Origin: an uncultured bacterium
GTDB taxonomy: Bacteria > AUK180
Direction of reading: 5' to 3'
Assembly (NCBI GenBank): GCA_937863565.1
Contig: CALMGJ010000028.1
Location: 1-40,801 of the forward strand
DNA: 40,801 bases
The translations under genes and the position numbers were made by a program. The notes below the pieces were generated by a model. It saw nothing but the letters and a program-made list of their open reading frames with translations. It had not been told where the DNA came from and searched no databases. The stretch's first letter is position 1; every line of letters starts with the position of its first letter. This document shows positions 10,061 to 20,250 of this stretch, in pieces.

Positions 10061-11286
10061 TTAAACTCTTTTAAAATTCCGAAGATGACCATATCGGCTG
10101 TTTGTCTTCTGATGTCTTCCCTGTTCCCCATGAACCTGTATTCTCCGTAAATGATCCTTCCTTCAATGTTCAAGGCCGTAAAAACGGTTCCGGCGGGTTT
10201 ATCCCGGGTGCCGCCGCCCGGTCCGGCAATGCCGGTTACGGCATATGTGATATCGGTACCGAAAAGTTTAACTGCTCCGGCAAGCATCCGTGCCGCGCTT
10301 TCACGGGAGACGGCGCCATACTTTTTTATTATCCCCGGAGGTACGGATAGAAGAGCGGATTTGCTTCCGTTGGAATAAGTTACCGCGCTGCCGGCAAAAA
10401 CGGCTGAAGAACCGGGAATATCAGTCAAGCGTTTTGCAATAAGCCCTCCCGTGCATGATTCCGCACCCGAAAGCGTCATCCCATTTTTCATCAAGGCTTT
10501 AATAAGAAGACCTTCGGGAGTATCATCATCATATCCGTAAATGAAATCCCCGAACTCCCTTTTTAGCCTGTTCAGCACAGGGCGGATCAGCCGGCGGACC
10601 TTTTCTTTTTCAGTATTGGCAGTAAGCCTGATCTTAACTTCTCCCGGAACGGCGGTAAGTGCGATGGTGGGATTCACGCTCCTTTCGAATATGTCCTTTA
10701 TACATTCATTGATCTCGATCTCTCTCAGACCAATGAGTTTCACCGTGAGCGAGAAGATGCTTCTTCTCAGGTTCAGTGTTTCCCTGATGAATTTTTCCAG
10801 TTCCGGGAACATTGTCTTCATTTCATTTGGAACGCCCGGAAGGATCACTATGAGTTTTTTCCCTTTGCGTATTATCTCGCCCGGCGCGGACCCCAGTTTA
10901 TTTTTAAGAAGGATACTGCCTTTGATTATAAAGGCCTCCTTGCTTGAACGGGCCCTTCCGCTCTTCCCGTATTTGATCTTTATCGACTTTTCCAGTTCCC
11001 TGTTAAGAACGAGAGGGATTCCAACGGCTTCCGCTACGGTCTCTTTGGTAATATCGTCAACGGTCGAACCCAGACCGCCGGTGATGATTATAAGACGGTT
11101 CAGCTTAAGGCCTCTTTCTATTTCGCTTTTCAGCCGTCCGCAATTATCCCCAACGCAGGTTATCCTATAGCAGTTTATACCCAGCTCGCTGAGACGGCCA
11201 GCAATGAAGGCCGCATTGGTATTCACTGTCCTTCCGAGAAGAAGTTCGGTCCCTGTATTGATGATAAGCGCGGAGATGCCCTTCAT
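10057..11286 (-). CDS. cinA: competence/damage-inducible protein CinA (MoCF domain + NMN deamidase PncC)
   Basis: GTELLLGRTVNTNA, TGGLG...DDIT, LPGVPNEM, AESCTGG, VTYSNGSK, TGIAGPGGG. Start inferred at MKGISAL. Confidence 0.9.
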   Translation of the reverse strand: MKGISALIINTGTELLLGRTVNTNAAFIAGRLSELGINCYRITCVGDNCGRLKSEIERGLKLNRLIIITGGLGSTVDDITKETVAEAVGIPLVLNRELEKSIKIKYGKSGRARSSKEAFIIKGSILLKNKLGSAPGEIIRKGKKLIVILPGVPNEMKTMFPELEKFIRETLNLRRSIFSLTVKLIGLREIEINECIKDIFERSVNPTIALTAVPGEVKIRLTANTEKEKVRRLIRPVLNRLKREFGDFIYGYDDDTPEGLLIKALMKNGMTLSGAESCTGGLIAKRLTDIPGSSAVFAGSAVTYSNGSKSALLSVPPGIIKKYGAVSRESAARMLAGAVKLFGTDITYAVTGIAGPGGGTRDKPAGTVFTALNIEGRIIYGEYRFMGNREDIRRQTADMVIFGILKEFK

Positions 11287-11287
11287 T

Positions 11288-12070
11288 TCAATTGTCCCTT
11301 CCCCCGAGCACTGTATATGCCTCATTGATGCGTTTCATCTTCTCTTCGGCGATCTTCTTGAACTCCTCGCCGAGATGCTGCACCTTGTCCGGATGGTACT
11401 GCATGGCAAGTTTCCTGTATGCCTTTTTTATTTCGTCCATCGTCGCATCCGGGGAAACATTAAGTATTTCGTATGGATCTAACGACGATCTGCGCTGATA
11501 AACATTGTCATTGCCCGCCGCGCCCACATAGTTGGATTGTATGCTCATGAAATCGATGCGCGATATGGACATAAGATTGCCTATCTGCCTTATCCTCTTC
11601 ACTTCCGGATCAGATATGATCCCGTCGGAAAGAGCTATACGGAAAAGGGATTCGATGATGATGAGCTTTTCCTGGTAATTGAACACCGCATTCGCGCGCC
11701 GGCAGAGATCGGGCAGCGGGTGCTCATCCGGCTTGAAGTTCATGATCCGCGAGCGTATCCTTTCTATTTCAGGTCCAGTGAAGTTCAACTGCGAGAAGAA
11801 TGTGATGATATGCGATATCTCGCGGGAGCTGATCTCTCCGTCCGCGCGGGCTATCTCGAGCATAAGGTCCGTTATGACATCCGCGACGGCCTGCCTTTTA
11901 TCGAAAGACTGCCTTGCACCTCCCTTTACCATCATCTTCGGCGAATCGATCACAGCGCCGATTATCGCCCCTATGAGCGCACCGGGGATCCCGCCTACCC
12001 AGGAGCCTATAAGAAGTCCCCAGAAGATCGTTCCGCAGTGAAGTTTTATGCTCTTTTCCCGGTCTTCCAT
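11288..12070 (-). CDS. djlA: DjlA-like co-chaperone (TM segment + TerB-like domain + J-domain)
   Basis: Gly-rich N-terminal [11 protein letters not shown] TerB-like motif, C-terminal J-domain DPYEILNV...YHPDKV...INEAY. Confidence 0.82.
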   Translation of the reverse strand: MEDREKSIKLHCGTIFWGLLIGSWVGGIPGALIGAIIGAVIDSPKMMVKGGARQSFDKRQAVADVITDLMLEIARADGEISSREISHIITFFSQLNFTGPEIERIRSRIMNFKPDEHPLPDLCRRANAVFNYQEKLIIIESLFRIALSDGIISDPEVKRIRQIGNLMSISRIDFMSIQSNYVGAAGNDNVYQRRSSLDPYEILNVSPDATMDEIKKAYRKLAMQYHPDKVQHLGEEFKKIAEEKMKRINEAYTVLGGRDN

Positions 12071-12075
12071 AGTAT

Positions 12076-12103
12076 ATTATAATGTTTTTTGCGTTTCTTT
12101 CAA
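12076..12103 (-). promoter_or_regulatory. sigma70-type promoter for djlA-cinA-thpR-addBA, probably leaderless
   Basis: Minus strand: TTGAAA, 16-nt spacer, TATAAT, then 5 nt to the ATG at 12070, with no SD. Confidence 0.68.
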
Positions 12104-12164
12104 AACCGGCGGCGAGGACATGCACGGACGTTCTTCGGGGATTTCCGGATCGCCGTGTTTCAGA

Positions 12165-12824
12165 TCATTTCCTCGCTATCACATAGGCGGTGATGCGCAA
12201 AGGTCCGTATCTCCGGATGAGTTTCGTGAATGCGTTCATCGTAGCGCCCGTAGTGCAAACATCGTCAAGCGCAAGCACATTGAGCCCTTCCACCTTCTCC
12301 AATCCTCTTTTTGCGAAGAAGGCCTTCCTCATGATATCCGCCCTCTCCGCTCTGTTCTTTCCCACGAGCGGCGGGATATCGGTTTTTCCGATAACGAAGT
12401 CCATCACTTTCCTTCCCGTCCGCTTTTTCATCGCTTTGGCTATCTCGAGCGTCTGATCGAATCCCCTCTCGTGAAATCTTCCCGGGGAGAGAGGGACAGG
12501 CAGGATCACGTCGTATTCTACTCCGAGTTTTTCAAGATGTTCTGCGGCAAGAGCGCCGAGCGCTTTGCCAAGAGAGATATTCTCGCGGAATTTCATCCTG
12601 ATGATAATGTCCCCGAGCATCCTGTCATAATACCCGAGATTGTAAAAGGCATTGTAGGATTTCTTTTTTCCGAAGCATTCCGGGCAGGAACCCGAATCGT
12701 AAAGAAGCCGGTTGCCGCAATAACGGCAGCGGAAACCCTTGTAGTAAAATATCTCTTCTCTGCATTTACGGCAGATGATCTCTTTTGCGGGTACGGGATC
12801 AGCCTTACAAAAAGGGCAGTTCAT
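12165..12824 (-). CDS. comF: ComF family protein (double zinc ribbon + phosphoribosyltransferase)
   Basis: Four CxxC pairs at the N-terminus, PVPLS..R..ERGFDQ, and the LALDDVCTTGAT PRTase loop. Confidence 0.88.
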   Translation of the reverse strand: MNCPFCKADPVPAKEIICRKCREEIFYYKGFRCRYCGNRLLYDSGSCPECFGKKKSYNAFYNLGYYDRMLGDIIIRMKFRENISLGKALGALAAEHLEKLGVEYDVILPVPLSPGRFHERGFDQTLEIAKAMKKRTGRKVMDFVIGKTDIPPLVGKNRAERADIMRKAFFAKRGLEKVEGLNVLALDDVCTTGATMNAFTKLIRRYGPLRITAYVIARK

Positions 12825-14736
12825 CCCGCGATCTCCTGAACACGATCGTGAATTCGGCCCCTTCTCCGGGAAAAGATCTCACTTCTATCTCCGCATTATG
12901 CTCCTCGATGATCCTCTTCACCATGGCAAGGCCGAGGCCCGAGCCGCCCTTCGTTTTGGAGAAATAGAGATCGTAGATGCGCTCAATATCGTCCGGTTCT
13001 ATTCCGCAACCGTTGTCCCTGACCGAAATTTTGAAAACATCCCCTTCGGAAGACGTGGTTATCTTTATCTCCCCGTTCTCCCTGTCGGACAGAGCGGACA
13101 GGGCATTGTTCATGAGATTGACGAAGACCTGCTTCATCTGAAGCTCGTCGGCGAAAATACGGTCCTCATCAGATGAAAGTTCGAGCTCGATCCTGATGTT
13201 CTTCTGATTCTTTTCGTAGAGTTTTTTAATATCTTTGAGAAGTTTCGAGATATCCAGCTCCACGAGCGAGGGAGGCGGCATCTTGGCAAAATCGTTGAAA
13301 TGCGAAAGGAGTGCGCCCATTCTTGTGATCTCCTCTCTTATGATCCCTATCGTTTCCGGGAAGATCTTCCTGAATTCATCCTCGCTTTCCTTGAATTTGA
13401 TCCTCATCCTGTCTATGGCAAGAGAGATCGGGGTAAGCGGGTTCTTAAGTTCATGCGCCAGCTGTCTTGCCATCTGCTGCCAGATCTCAACGCGGCGCAG
13501 GAAGAGAACATCCGAAAAATCCTCCGCCGTGATCAGAAAACCGCTGAAAGGATTCTCGAATCCCGTGATCTTCATCTGGAAGAATCTGTTGCCTACGCGG
13601 ACCCTTTTCCTATTCTTCCGCGGATTGGCTTTAAAATCCCCTACGAGTTCATTGACGATCATGTCCAGATCATCCTTTCCCGCGGATGTTTCCATTTCGA
13701 TAAAGGCGGGATTCTTAAATATCGACTCTCCTTTCTCGCCGATGATCACGGTCCCCGTGGACAGCATGGAAAGGCTCAGTTTCTGAAAATCCCTTTCATA
13801 TTTCAGTTTTTCATTGGCGATGACGAGATTCCGGCGGGTATCTTTTATCCTATCCTTCATATCGACGAATCTGTCAATGAGAATACCCAGCTCGTCATCA
13901 CTTACCTTTTCTATCGTAAAATCGAAATTGCCCTTTTTGATCTCTTCCGTCCCCTTTAGAAGGTTCTCAATCGATGTTATGATGTCCCTTCCGAGAAAAC
14001 CCCCTATCCATATGACGAGGACGAAAAGGACTATTGTGACGAGGACGATGGAGAATATCACGAAATACTTCGATGCCGTTTTCCTGAATATGATGTTCTG
14101 CTGAAGATTGTTGTAGCTTTTGTTGGTATTTCCGAGGAACAGGGATTCTTCGCTTCCCAGCTGTTTTTCGTACAGAACCCCTCCGGACCTTACAATGAGC
14201 ATATCCTCGAGGAACAAACCCTTCCCTTCGGCAAGGTTCAGCGATATCTCCGCCCTCTTTATGCCGTTTTGGAGTATTTCCCCCTCGTCTCCTCTCTCGA
14301 TCGTTCCGATAACGGAAGCCGTTTCCTTCTCGAGATAATAGCGTGAGAAGTCCAGGGAACTCCGGACAGTGGATTCTACCAGCACGCCGCCCCACTGCTT
14401 GAAGAGATAATCCGTGAGGAAGATATGATAAATATTGAACGGGACGGATACGAGCATGATCACGAGGAAGATGATCGTGAAGAATTTCTTTTTGATATTG
14501 ATCCCGAGTACCTTCTTTTTCGTTTCATAGAGGAAATACAGTATCCCTTTGAGAGCCACAAAGAGGAATGAGAAGGTCAGGATGAAAAGGATCAGAAGTT
14601 CAAGGATCAGATAATAACCGAGTTTCCCCGTGTCCGCGCTGAAGATCTGGGACAGCTTCACCGAAACATAGAAGAACACCGTTGCCATCAGGATGATGAA
14701 CAGAAGATAGATGATATTGCGCGTGGTTCCTTTCAT
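12805..14736 (-). CDS. NtrY-like membrane sensor histidine kinase (TM-HAMP-HisKA-HATPase)
   Basis: Several N-terminal TMs, HAMP (DDELGIL), H-box WQQMARQLAHELKNPLTPI, N-box VFVNLMNNA, DNGCG, GSGLGL. Confidence 0.85.
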   Translation of the reverse strand: MKGTTRNIIYLLFIILMATVFFYVSVKLSQIFSADTGKLGYYLILELLILFILTFSFLFVALKGILYFLYETKKKVLGINIKKKFFTIIFLVIMLVSVPFNIYHIFLTDYLFKQWGGVLVESTVRSSLDFSRYYLEKETASVIGTIERGDEGEILQNGIKRAEISLNLAEGKGLFLEDMLIVRSGGVLYEKQLGSEESLFLGNTNKSYNNLQQNIIFRKTASKYFVIFSIVLVTIVLFVLVIWIGGFLGRDIITSIENLLKGTEEIKKGNFDFTIEKVSDDELGILIDRFVDMKDRIKDTRRNLVIANEKLKYERDFQKLSLSMLSTGTVIIGEKGESIFKNPAFIEMETSAGKDDLDMIVNELVGDFKANPRKNRKRVRVGNRFFQMKITGFENPFSGFLITAEDFSDVLFLRRVEIWQQMARQLAHELKNPLTPISLAIDRMRIKFKESEDEFRKIFPETIGIIREEITRMGALLSHFNDFAKMPPPSLVELDISKLLKDIKKLYEKNQKNIRIELELSSDEDRIFADELQMKQVFVNLMNNALSALSDRENGEIKITTSSEGDVFKISVRDNGCGIEPDDIERIYDLYFSKTKGGSGLGLAMVKRIIEEHNAEIEVRSFPGEGAEFTIVFRRSRDELPFL

Positions 14737-15227
14737 GCCTTTCCCGGAACCTCAATTAAAAGGTCATAATCGAGTTTGAAGAATATCTTATAAACGAGGG
14801 CGAAAAGCCCGACAACGTTCATCCCCTTAATATTTACATTAATCCAGAGTTTCTTGTTCCCGTACACTTCCTTACTTACATCAAGACGGTGTTCGCGCAG
14901 CGCATTGAGGAGCTTTTCGTAATCGTAGAAGATCGTTTCGTTTCCGTTCTTTTCAAGGATATATATCTTATTGATCGGGTCGAAATGGAATTCACAGCGC
15001 TCCCTGGCATATTCCCTGTTCTTTAAAAGGCCTTTCGAGAATAATCTGACGGAGAACGATATCCTTTCACCTGAGCGCAGCGATGAATAGATATCTTCGG
15101 ATATGAAATCGGAGATCGAAAGGACTATTCCTATCCCGCCGCCGCTGTCGGAGACCTTGATATCCGCCTTCACCGCGTTCAAGCTGAAGGAGAGGAGGAT
15201 AAGTGCTGTCAGGACATATTTTTTCAA
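14733..15227 (-). CDS. exported protein, DUF4390-like
   Basis: Signal peptide, LRSG..ISFSVRL and FDPINKIY pattern, and a position immediately upstream of an NtrY-like kinase, as is typical for DUF4390. Confidence 0.55.
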   Translation of the reverse strand: MKKYVLTALILLSFSLNAVKADIKVSDSGGGIGIVLSISDFISEDIYSSLRSGERISFSVRLFSKGLLKNREYARERCEFHFDPINKIYILEKNGNETIFYDYEKLLNALREHRLDVSKEVYGNKKLWINVNIKGMNVVGLFALVYKIFFKLDYDLLIEVPGKA

Positions 15228-15979
15228 AATCGGAATCCGAGCATCACCCTCGGGTTGTTCCTCGTATCGGTATCCATGGAAAGCTTCAGGTTCTCGGCAC
15301 CTTTTTTAAAAGCGTCGTATGCACAGTAGGAACGCAGAAGGAAATGCATCATGAAATAAGAGAAGAAGGTTATCCTGTCGTTATTGGAGAGATCGAGCCA
15401 GTTTATGGCTCCCGAATCCTCGGCATACCTTTTCCTGAGGTCATAATCGATGTACACTTTCCATAACTTGAAAAGCACTTCGTAGAATATCAGCTCCGAG
15501 CCCTTCCTGTAGTCACCGTTCAACATCTGGCCAGATCCGGGCATGAAGAAAGAGAATACTGCGGGGACAAGCGGATCGTATTTGGGTTTTTCCGCCTTTT
15601 CGGCAAAGGCCGTATTGTATTTAAGAGAATCCCCTATCGCATCTATGATATTGTACACATGCAGAAGAACGGCGGCCGAAAAGAAGGTCACTGATAGAGC
15701 CCTGTTCTTATCCGTTATCTCACTGTGCGGATTAACGATGAAACCCTCCTCGATCCTGAAAGTAAGATCGGAGACAAGATTAAGCGAAAGATACAGGCAG
15801 GTCGTTTCCAGGATGAACATAACCGAACCCTTGAACACTTTTCCGTTGTATATCTGCCCCAGTCCCGGGTAATACCAGGAGAGGGAGCCGGAAAGATAAG
15901 GATTTTTAAGAAAGAGGGTCTCTTCCGCTGAAATACCTATCGACATAATAAGAAACAATATCAAAATGGTTCTCTTCAT
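15224..15979 (-). CDS. membrane protein with two internal PG(L/S)GQ repeats (DUF5683-like)
   Basis: Signal peptide, two homologous units (SWYYPGLGQIYNG...IIDA and SFFMPGSGQMLNG...AYDA), C-terminal MLGFRF. Confidence 0.55.
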   Translation of the reverse strand: MKRTILILFLIMSIGISAEETLFLKNPYLSGSLSWYYPGLGQIYNGKVFKGSVMFILETTCLYLSLNLVSDLTFRIEEGFIVNPHSEITDKNRALSVTFFSAAVLLHVYNIIDAIGDSLKYNTAFAEKAEKPKYDPLVPAVFSFFMPGSGQMLNGDYRKGSELIFYEVLFKLWKVYIDYDLRKRYAEDSGAINWLDLSNNDRITFFSYFMMHFLLRSYCAYDAFKKGAENLKLSMDTDTRNNPRVMLGFRF

Positions 15980-16581
15980 TTTCCTGTATCCGGGTCGTTT
16001 ATATAATAGAACATTAATCCGTTTTTTTCAATCTTTTTCATTGAGCCGGAGTTTTTGAGGAACATTTCGGGGTAGAGCGTCACGGGAATCAGACCGGGGA
16101 TACCTGAGAAATCGTAGGTCCCTTCATAAAAGAGCCTTTTTTTACCTAAAGCCGGCACATCCTCCTCACTTACGGTCCTGAACCCTTCCATCGAATTATC
16201 CGTATAGTAGAACTCACGCCTTTTCGAGCTTCTCAAGAAGGCATCGCCGGGACCCTTCAGGAATTCTGCATCAGCCACTGATTTAAGCGGAATATACCAA
16301 AGATCCGAACCGAGAGCCGAACACAACCCGGATAGATATGAAGCGCCTGCGCGTAGCCCCGTGAAAGAGCCGGGGCCGGGATTGTAGGCATAATTGCCGA
16401 ACGATCCGGGTTTGAGGGAGTCCCGGGCGAGAAAATCGGCAAGCATTCCCTCAAGTTCTCTGGAGATCGATCCCGCTCTTTCCCGGCATGTTCTGATCTT
16501 ACCGTTCTTTATATAACCCGCGGAAAAGAAACCGAGGGATGTATCGAGGAAAAGGATATCATTTAAGGCCTGTGTGCCCAA
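15976..16581 (-). CDS. tsaB: tRNA t6A biosynthesis protein TsaB
   Basis: ILFLDTS and [12 protein letters not shown] motifs. Start inferred at TTG 16581, preceded by GGAGAGG. Confidence 0.78.
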   Translation of the reverse strand: MGTQALNDILFLDTSLGFFSAGYIKNGKIRTCRERAGSISRELEGMLADFLARDSLKPGSFGNYAYNPGPGSFTGLRAGASYLSGLCSALGSDLWYIPLKSVADAEFLKGPGDAFLRSSKRREFYYTDNSMEGFRTVSEEDVPALGKKRLFYEGTYDFSGIPGLIPVTLYPEMFLKNSGSMKKIEKNGLMFYYINDPDTGK

Positions 16582-17011
16582 AGCCGCCCTCTCCCCTTGC
16601 CGTGCCGCCGACATGTTCCACGACGGTGAAACGGGCTTTTTCGATCTTGCCGAAAACCCCCTGGGCGATGCGCATGCCCTTTTCAACCGTGAAGTCACGG
16701 GAGGAATGATTGATCAATATAATGGCTATCTCTCCGCGGTAATCGGGATCGATCGTGCCCGGCGTGTTCAGAACGGTTATCCCGCTTTTCAGCGCAAGGC
16801 CGGAACGTGGCCGTATCTGAAGTTCATATCCCTCCGGGATCTCCATTTTCATGCCGGTGGGAATAAGCGCGGATGAACCGCTTTTAATGATTATGTTTTC
16901 AGAAATGGCAGCAGAAAGATCGATGCCTGCGGAATGTTCCGTCCTGTATTCAGGAAGGGAGAGGTCCCCGAAGTTCGGAAGGAGTTCTACCTTTACTTCG
17001 ATCTGCGTCAT
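16559..17011 (-). CDS. dut: trimeric dUTP diphosphatase
   Basis: [37 protein letters not shown]. Confidence 0.95.
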   Translation of the reverse strand: MTQIEVKVELLPNFGDLSLPEYRTEHSAGIDLSAAISENIIIKSGSSALIPTGMKMEIPEGYELQIRPRSGLALKSGITVLNTPGTIDPDYRGEIAIILINHSSRDFTVEKGMRIAQGVFGKIEKARFTVVEHVGGTARGEGGFGHTGLK

Positions 17012-19071
17012 AATTTATTCGTCAGATCTATCTTTCCCTCTCTGGTATCGTAATGTTTGATCTTCACTTTAATACTCTCGCCGATCTTGAAATCATTTGG
17101 TTTTTTATTGTCGGCTATCTCCGAGACATGCATCAGGCCTTTTACGCCGGGAGCAAGCTCCACGAAAATGCCGTATTTCTCTATCCTTGCCACGGTCCCG
17201 TCGTAAACCTGGCCCGTTCTGGGGCCTTCAGCGGTGAGTTTTATGTGCGCTATAGCAAGGGAGACCTCCTTTTTATCTACTCCGAAGACCTTGATAGTGC
17301 CGTCTTCTTCGATCTTGATCGTCGTATTTGTCTCTTCCTGCATAGCTTTAATATGTTTTCCGCCCGGGCCGATCACGGCGCCGATCTTGTCGGGATTGAT
17401 CTTGAACATCTCTATCTTGGGAGCGTATGTTGAAAGCTCTTTTCTGGGCGCGGGAAGCACTTTGAGCATTTTATCAAGTATGAACATTCTTCCCGTTCTC
17501 GCTTTCTGAAGGGCTTCAAAGAACACTTCCTTGGAAATGCCGTTGATCTTGAGATCCATCTGTATCGCAGTTATCCCGGCGTCCGTTCCGGTAACCTTGA
17601 GGTCCATATCGCCCCAGTGGTCTTCCTGTCCCGCGATGTCTGTCAGAATAATATGTTTACCTTCCCCGTACACGAGCCCGAGCGCGACGCCGGCAACCGG
17701 TTTTCTGATCGGAATGCCCGCGTCCATCATCGCCAGTGTGCATCCGCATACCGTCGCCATGGAAGATGAGCCGTTCGATTCGAGTATCTCCGATACGATC
17801 CTGATAGTATAAGGGAATTTATCCACCGGGGGAAGCACGGAAAGGAAGGATATCTCGGCCAAATTCCCGTGGCCTATCTCTCTTCTTGATACGCCTCTGT
17901 TGCCGCCGGTTTCCCCTACGGAGAACGGCGGGAAATTATAGTGAAGCATGAACGATTTGCGTTCGTCGCCTTCAAGGTTATCGATGATCTGTTCATCGTA
18001 GGAAGTGCCCAATGTCGCGGTGACCAAAGCCTGTGTCTCTCCCCTTTGGAAAAGAGAACTCCCGTGTACCCTTGGAAGTACGCCTGCCTCTATGGAAATG
18101 CTCCTGATATCGTCCGGACCGCGCTTATCGATCCTCTTCCCCTCGGCAAGGATGGCATTTCTCATGCATTCGCTCAGAACGTCGTCCGTATATTTCGCTA
18201 TCATTTCGCGTTTCTCAGGCGACTCTTCGAACTCCGTGATCATCTTCTTCACGATCTCGCTGAGATATGCATTCTTTTCTTTTTTAATGTCCAGATTATA
18301 CACCTGTTCGAAATCCTGAACCACTTTTTCCTTGATGATGAGCTTATCGTCCTCATTCAAGATCGGGCTCTCCTCAGCCGGCGGCTGCAGTTTTTCCTTG
18401 CCCGTTTCTTTTGCGATCATTCTCTGGAAATCGGAGAGGTTCTTGATATACTCTGTGGTCGTTGAAACGCCTTCGAGGAATTTCTCCTCGGAGACCTCGT
18501 TCAGCTGGCCTTCGAGCATTATCACATAATCGTCCTTTCCCGCGATATTGATCACGTTCATATTGTCCTCTATGGAAAAAGAGGGATTGACCAGCCACTC
18601 ATTGTTGTCCAGGACGAGTTTCAATCCGACAACGGGGCCGTCAAAAGGTATATCCGATATCATAAGAGCGATAGAGGCCGCCATGATCCCAAGCGTATCC
18701 GGGGAATTGAGGCCGTCATAAGAGAGGACTATCACATTGACATTCACTTCCCTTTTTAACCATTTAGGGAAAAGAGGCCTTATCGGCCTGTCGATCTCCC
18801 TGCAGGCAAGGATCTCATGCTCCTGCGGTTTCCCTTCTCTTTTGAAGAAACCGCCGGGGATCTTTCCCGCAGCATATGTTTTTTCGCGGTATTCCACCAT
18901 CAAGGGGAAAAAAGCCATTTCTTCAAGGTCTTTCGGCGACATGACTACCGATGCGAGAACGACGGTTTCGCCTAATTGGACCAGTACCGAACCGTTCGCT
19001 TGACGGGCCAGATAATCCGTTTTAACCTTTAATACCTGTCCCTTTCCGATTTCAATCGTAAATTCTTTCAA
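17008..19071 (-). CDS. pnp: polyribonucleotide nucleotidyltransferase (PNPase)
   Basis: [50 protein letters not shown], followed by KH and S1 domains. TTG start. Confidence 0.96.
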   Translation of the reverse strand: MKEFTIEIGKGQVLKVKTDYLARQANGSVLVQLGETVVLASVVMSPKDLEEMAFFPLMVEYREKTYAAGKIPGGFFKREGKPQEHEILACREIDRPIRPLFPKWLKREVNVNVIVLSYDGLNSPDTLGIMAASIALMISDIPFDGPVVGLKLVLDNNEWLVNPSFSIEDNMNVINIAGKDDYVIMLEGQLNEVSEEKFLEGVSTTTEYIKNLSDFQRMIAKETGKEKLQPPAEESPILNEDDKLIIKEKVVQDFEQVYNLDIKKEKNAYLSEIVKKMITEFEESPEKREMIAKYTDDVLSECMRNAILAEGKRIDKRGPDDIRSISIEAGVLPRVHGSSLFQRGETQALVTATLGTSYDEQIIDNLEGDERKSFMLHYNFPPFSVGETGGNRGVSRREIGHGNLAEISFLSVLPPVDKFPYTIRIVSEILESNGSSSMATVCGCTLAMMDAGIPIRKPVAGVALGLVYGEGKHIILTDIAGQEDHWGDMDLKVTGTDAGITAIQMDLKINGISKEVFFEALQKARTGRMFILDKMLKVLPAPRKELSTYAPKIEMFKINPDKIGAVIGPGGKHIKAMQEETNTTIKIEEDGTIKVFGVDKKEVSLAIAHIKLTAEGPRTGQVYDGTVARIEKYGIFVELAPGVKGLMHVSEIADNKKPNDFKIGESIKVKIKHYDTREGKIDLTNKL

Positions 19072-19095
19072 CTTCGTATTCCTCCGAGACGCGCT

Positions 19096-19359
19096 TTACT
19101 TGAGGTCCAGTTCGCCGACTATCTTTGAATATGATTCGTGATCGTCCTTCGAAAGGTATTTAAGCAGACTGGTCCTTCTGGAGATGGCCTTTTTCAGACC
19201 TCTCAGTGCGCTGAAATCTCTTTTGTTCTTCAACATGTGTTCGGTAAGGTTCTTCACCCTCTCTGTGAGAAGCGCGATCTGCACTTCAACTGAACCGGAA
19301 TCCTTTTCGGTTTTGCCGAACTTTGCAACAATTTCCTTTTTCTGTTCATTATCGAACAT
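19096..19359 (-). CDS. rpsO: 30S ribosomal protein S15
   Basis: DSGSVEVQIALLTERV...HM..NKRD...RGL. GGAGG SD precedes the ATG at 19359; upstream of pnp. Confidence 0.93.
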   Translation of the reverse strand: MFDNEQKKEIVAKFGKTEKDSGSVEVQIALLTERVKNLTEHMLKNKRDFSALRGLKKAISRRTSLLKYLSKDDHESYSKIVGELDLK

Positions 19360-19404
19360 ATAAACCTCCATACGCCCGGAACCTAACGGTCATTACGAAT
19401 GGCC

Positions 19405-20250
19405 TCAAGTACCGGGTATTATTATTGTCTTCTTCTCTCCGCTCCCGTCGAAGACGGCGACATTCCTGCCCTTGAAGAAAAGTCTTATGGGCTTTTCAGG
19501 AGAAGGCAAGTTTAAGTTCATCGGGGCGCCCGACATTAATGCCTGATAGTCCGCCGCGGTGATCTCGAACGCTTCAAGATGCGAAAGAGCTGTTTTTATA
19601 TCGGATATTATATCATTTAATTCATTCAAAAGCAAGATTTTATTCAAAGGGACGGCATCTTCGAGGAGGAATCCGTTGTTCTTGAGACGGACCAGCGTCG
19701 ATAGCGTGGCGGGACAGGAAAGCATCCGTCCCAGGACCAAAGCGACGCTTCTCACATATGTGCCCTCTCCGCAATCTATCTCGAACATGCCGGAGGAAGC
19801 GTCGTACCGCAGTGATTCAATGAGCATTTCCTTTTCGAAATCCCTGTAATCGCTCTTTCTTGCATACTCATAAAGCCTTCTACCCTTGACTTTTTTAGAT
19901 GAAAAATAAGGAACGGGCAGTTTCATCGTTCCCTTGAAAGAAGAGCAGGCATCCGCTATGTCCTCATGAGAAGGCCTGCAGTCCTTTTCTTCTATCACTT
20001 TCCCTTCAAGGTCCCACGAATCGGTCAAAAGTCCCCATCTGATGCTGAACCTGTACGTTTTGCCGCCTTTCTGAAGGAAACGAAGGAATCTGGTGGATTC
20101 ATTGAGCCCTATCACCAGAAGGCCGGATGCGGACGGGTCCAGCGTACCTGAATGGCCGATCTTTTTCAGGTTGAATTTTTTCTTGATCAGGTCGCAGACC
20201 TTGAAAGAAGTGATATCAAGAGGCTTATCGACCAGGAGTATCCCGTTCAT
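19405..20250 (-). CDS. truB: tRNA pseudouridine(55) synthase
   Basis: GILLVDKP, KIGHSGTLDPSASG, GRRLYEYAR, GTYVRS. Confidence 0.93.
   Translation of the reverse strand: MNGILLVDKPLDITSFKVCDLIKKKFNLKKIGHSGTLDPSASGLLVIGLNESTRFLRFLQKGGKTYRFSIRWGLLTDSWDLEGKVIEEKDCRPSHEDIADACSSFKGTMKLPVPYFSSKKVKGRRLYEYARKSDYRDFEKEMLIESLRYDASSGMFEIDCGEGTYVRSVALVLGRMLSCPATLSTLVRLKNNGFLLEDAVPLNKILLLNELNDIISDIKTALSHLEAFEITAADYQALMSGAPMNLNLPSPEKPIRLFFKGRNVAVFDGSGEKKTIIIPGT

Noticed and set aside
12104..12164. GC-rich pairing (CGGCGA...TCGCCG) after comF as a terminator or sRNA
   Set aside because: The arms are short and far apart with an irregular interior, which is not enough support.
12048..12839. Long antisense ORFs (e.g. 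263 aa here, 238 aa at 20510, 236 aa at 29701)
   Set aside because: They lie opposite well-supported genes and contain no recognisable motifs.
16555..16585. Possible frameshift at the tsaB start (the ATG overlapping the dut stop is out of frame)
   Set aside because: An in-frame TTG at 16581 with an upstream GGAGAGG explains initiation without a frameshift.
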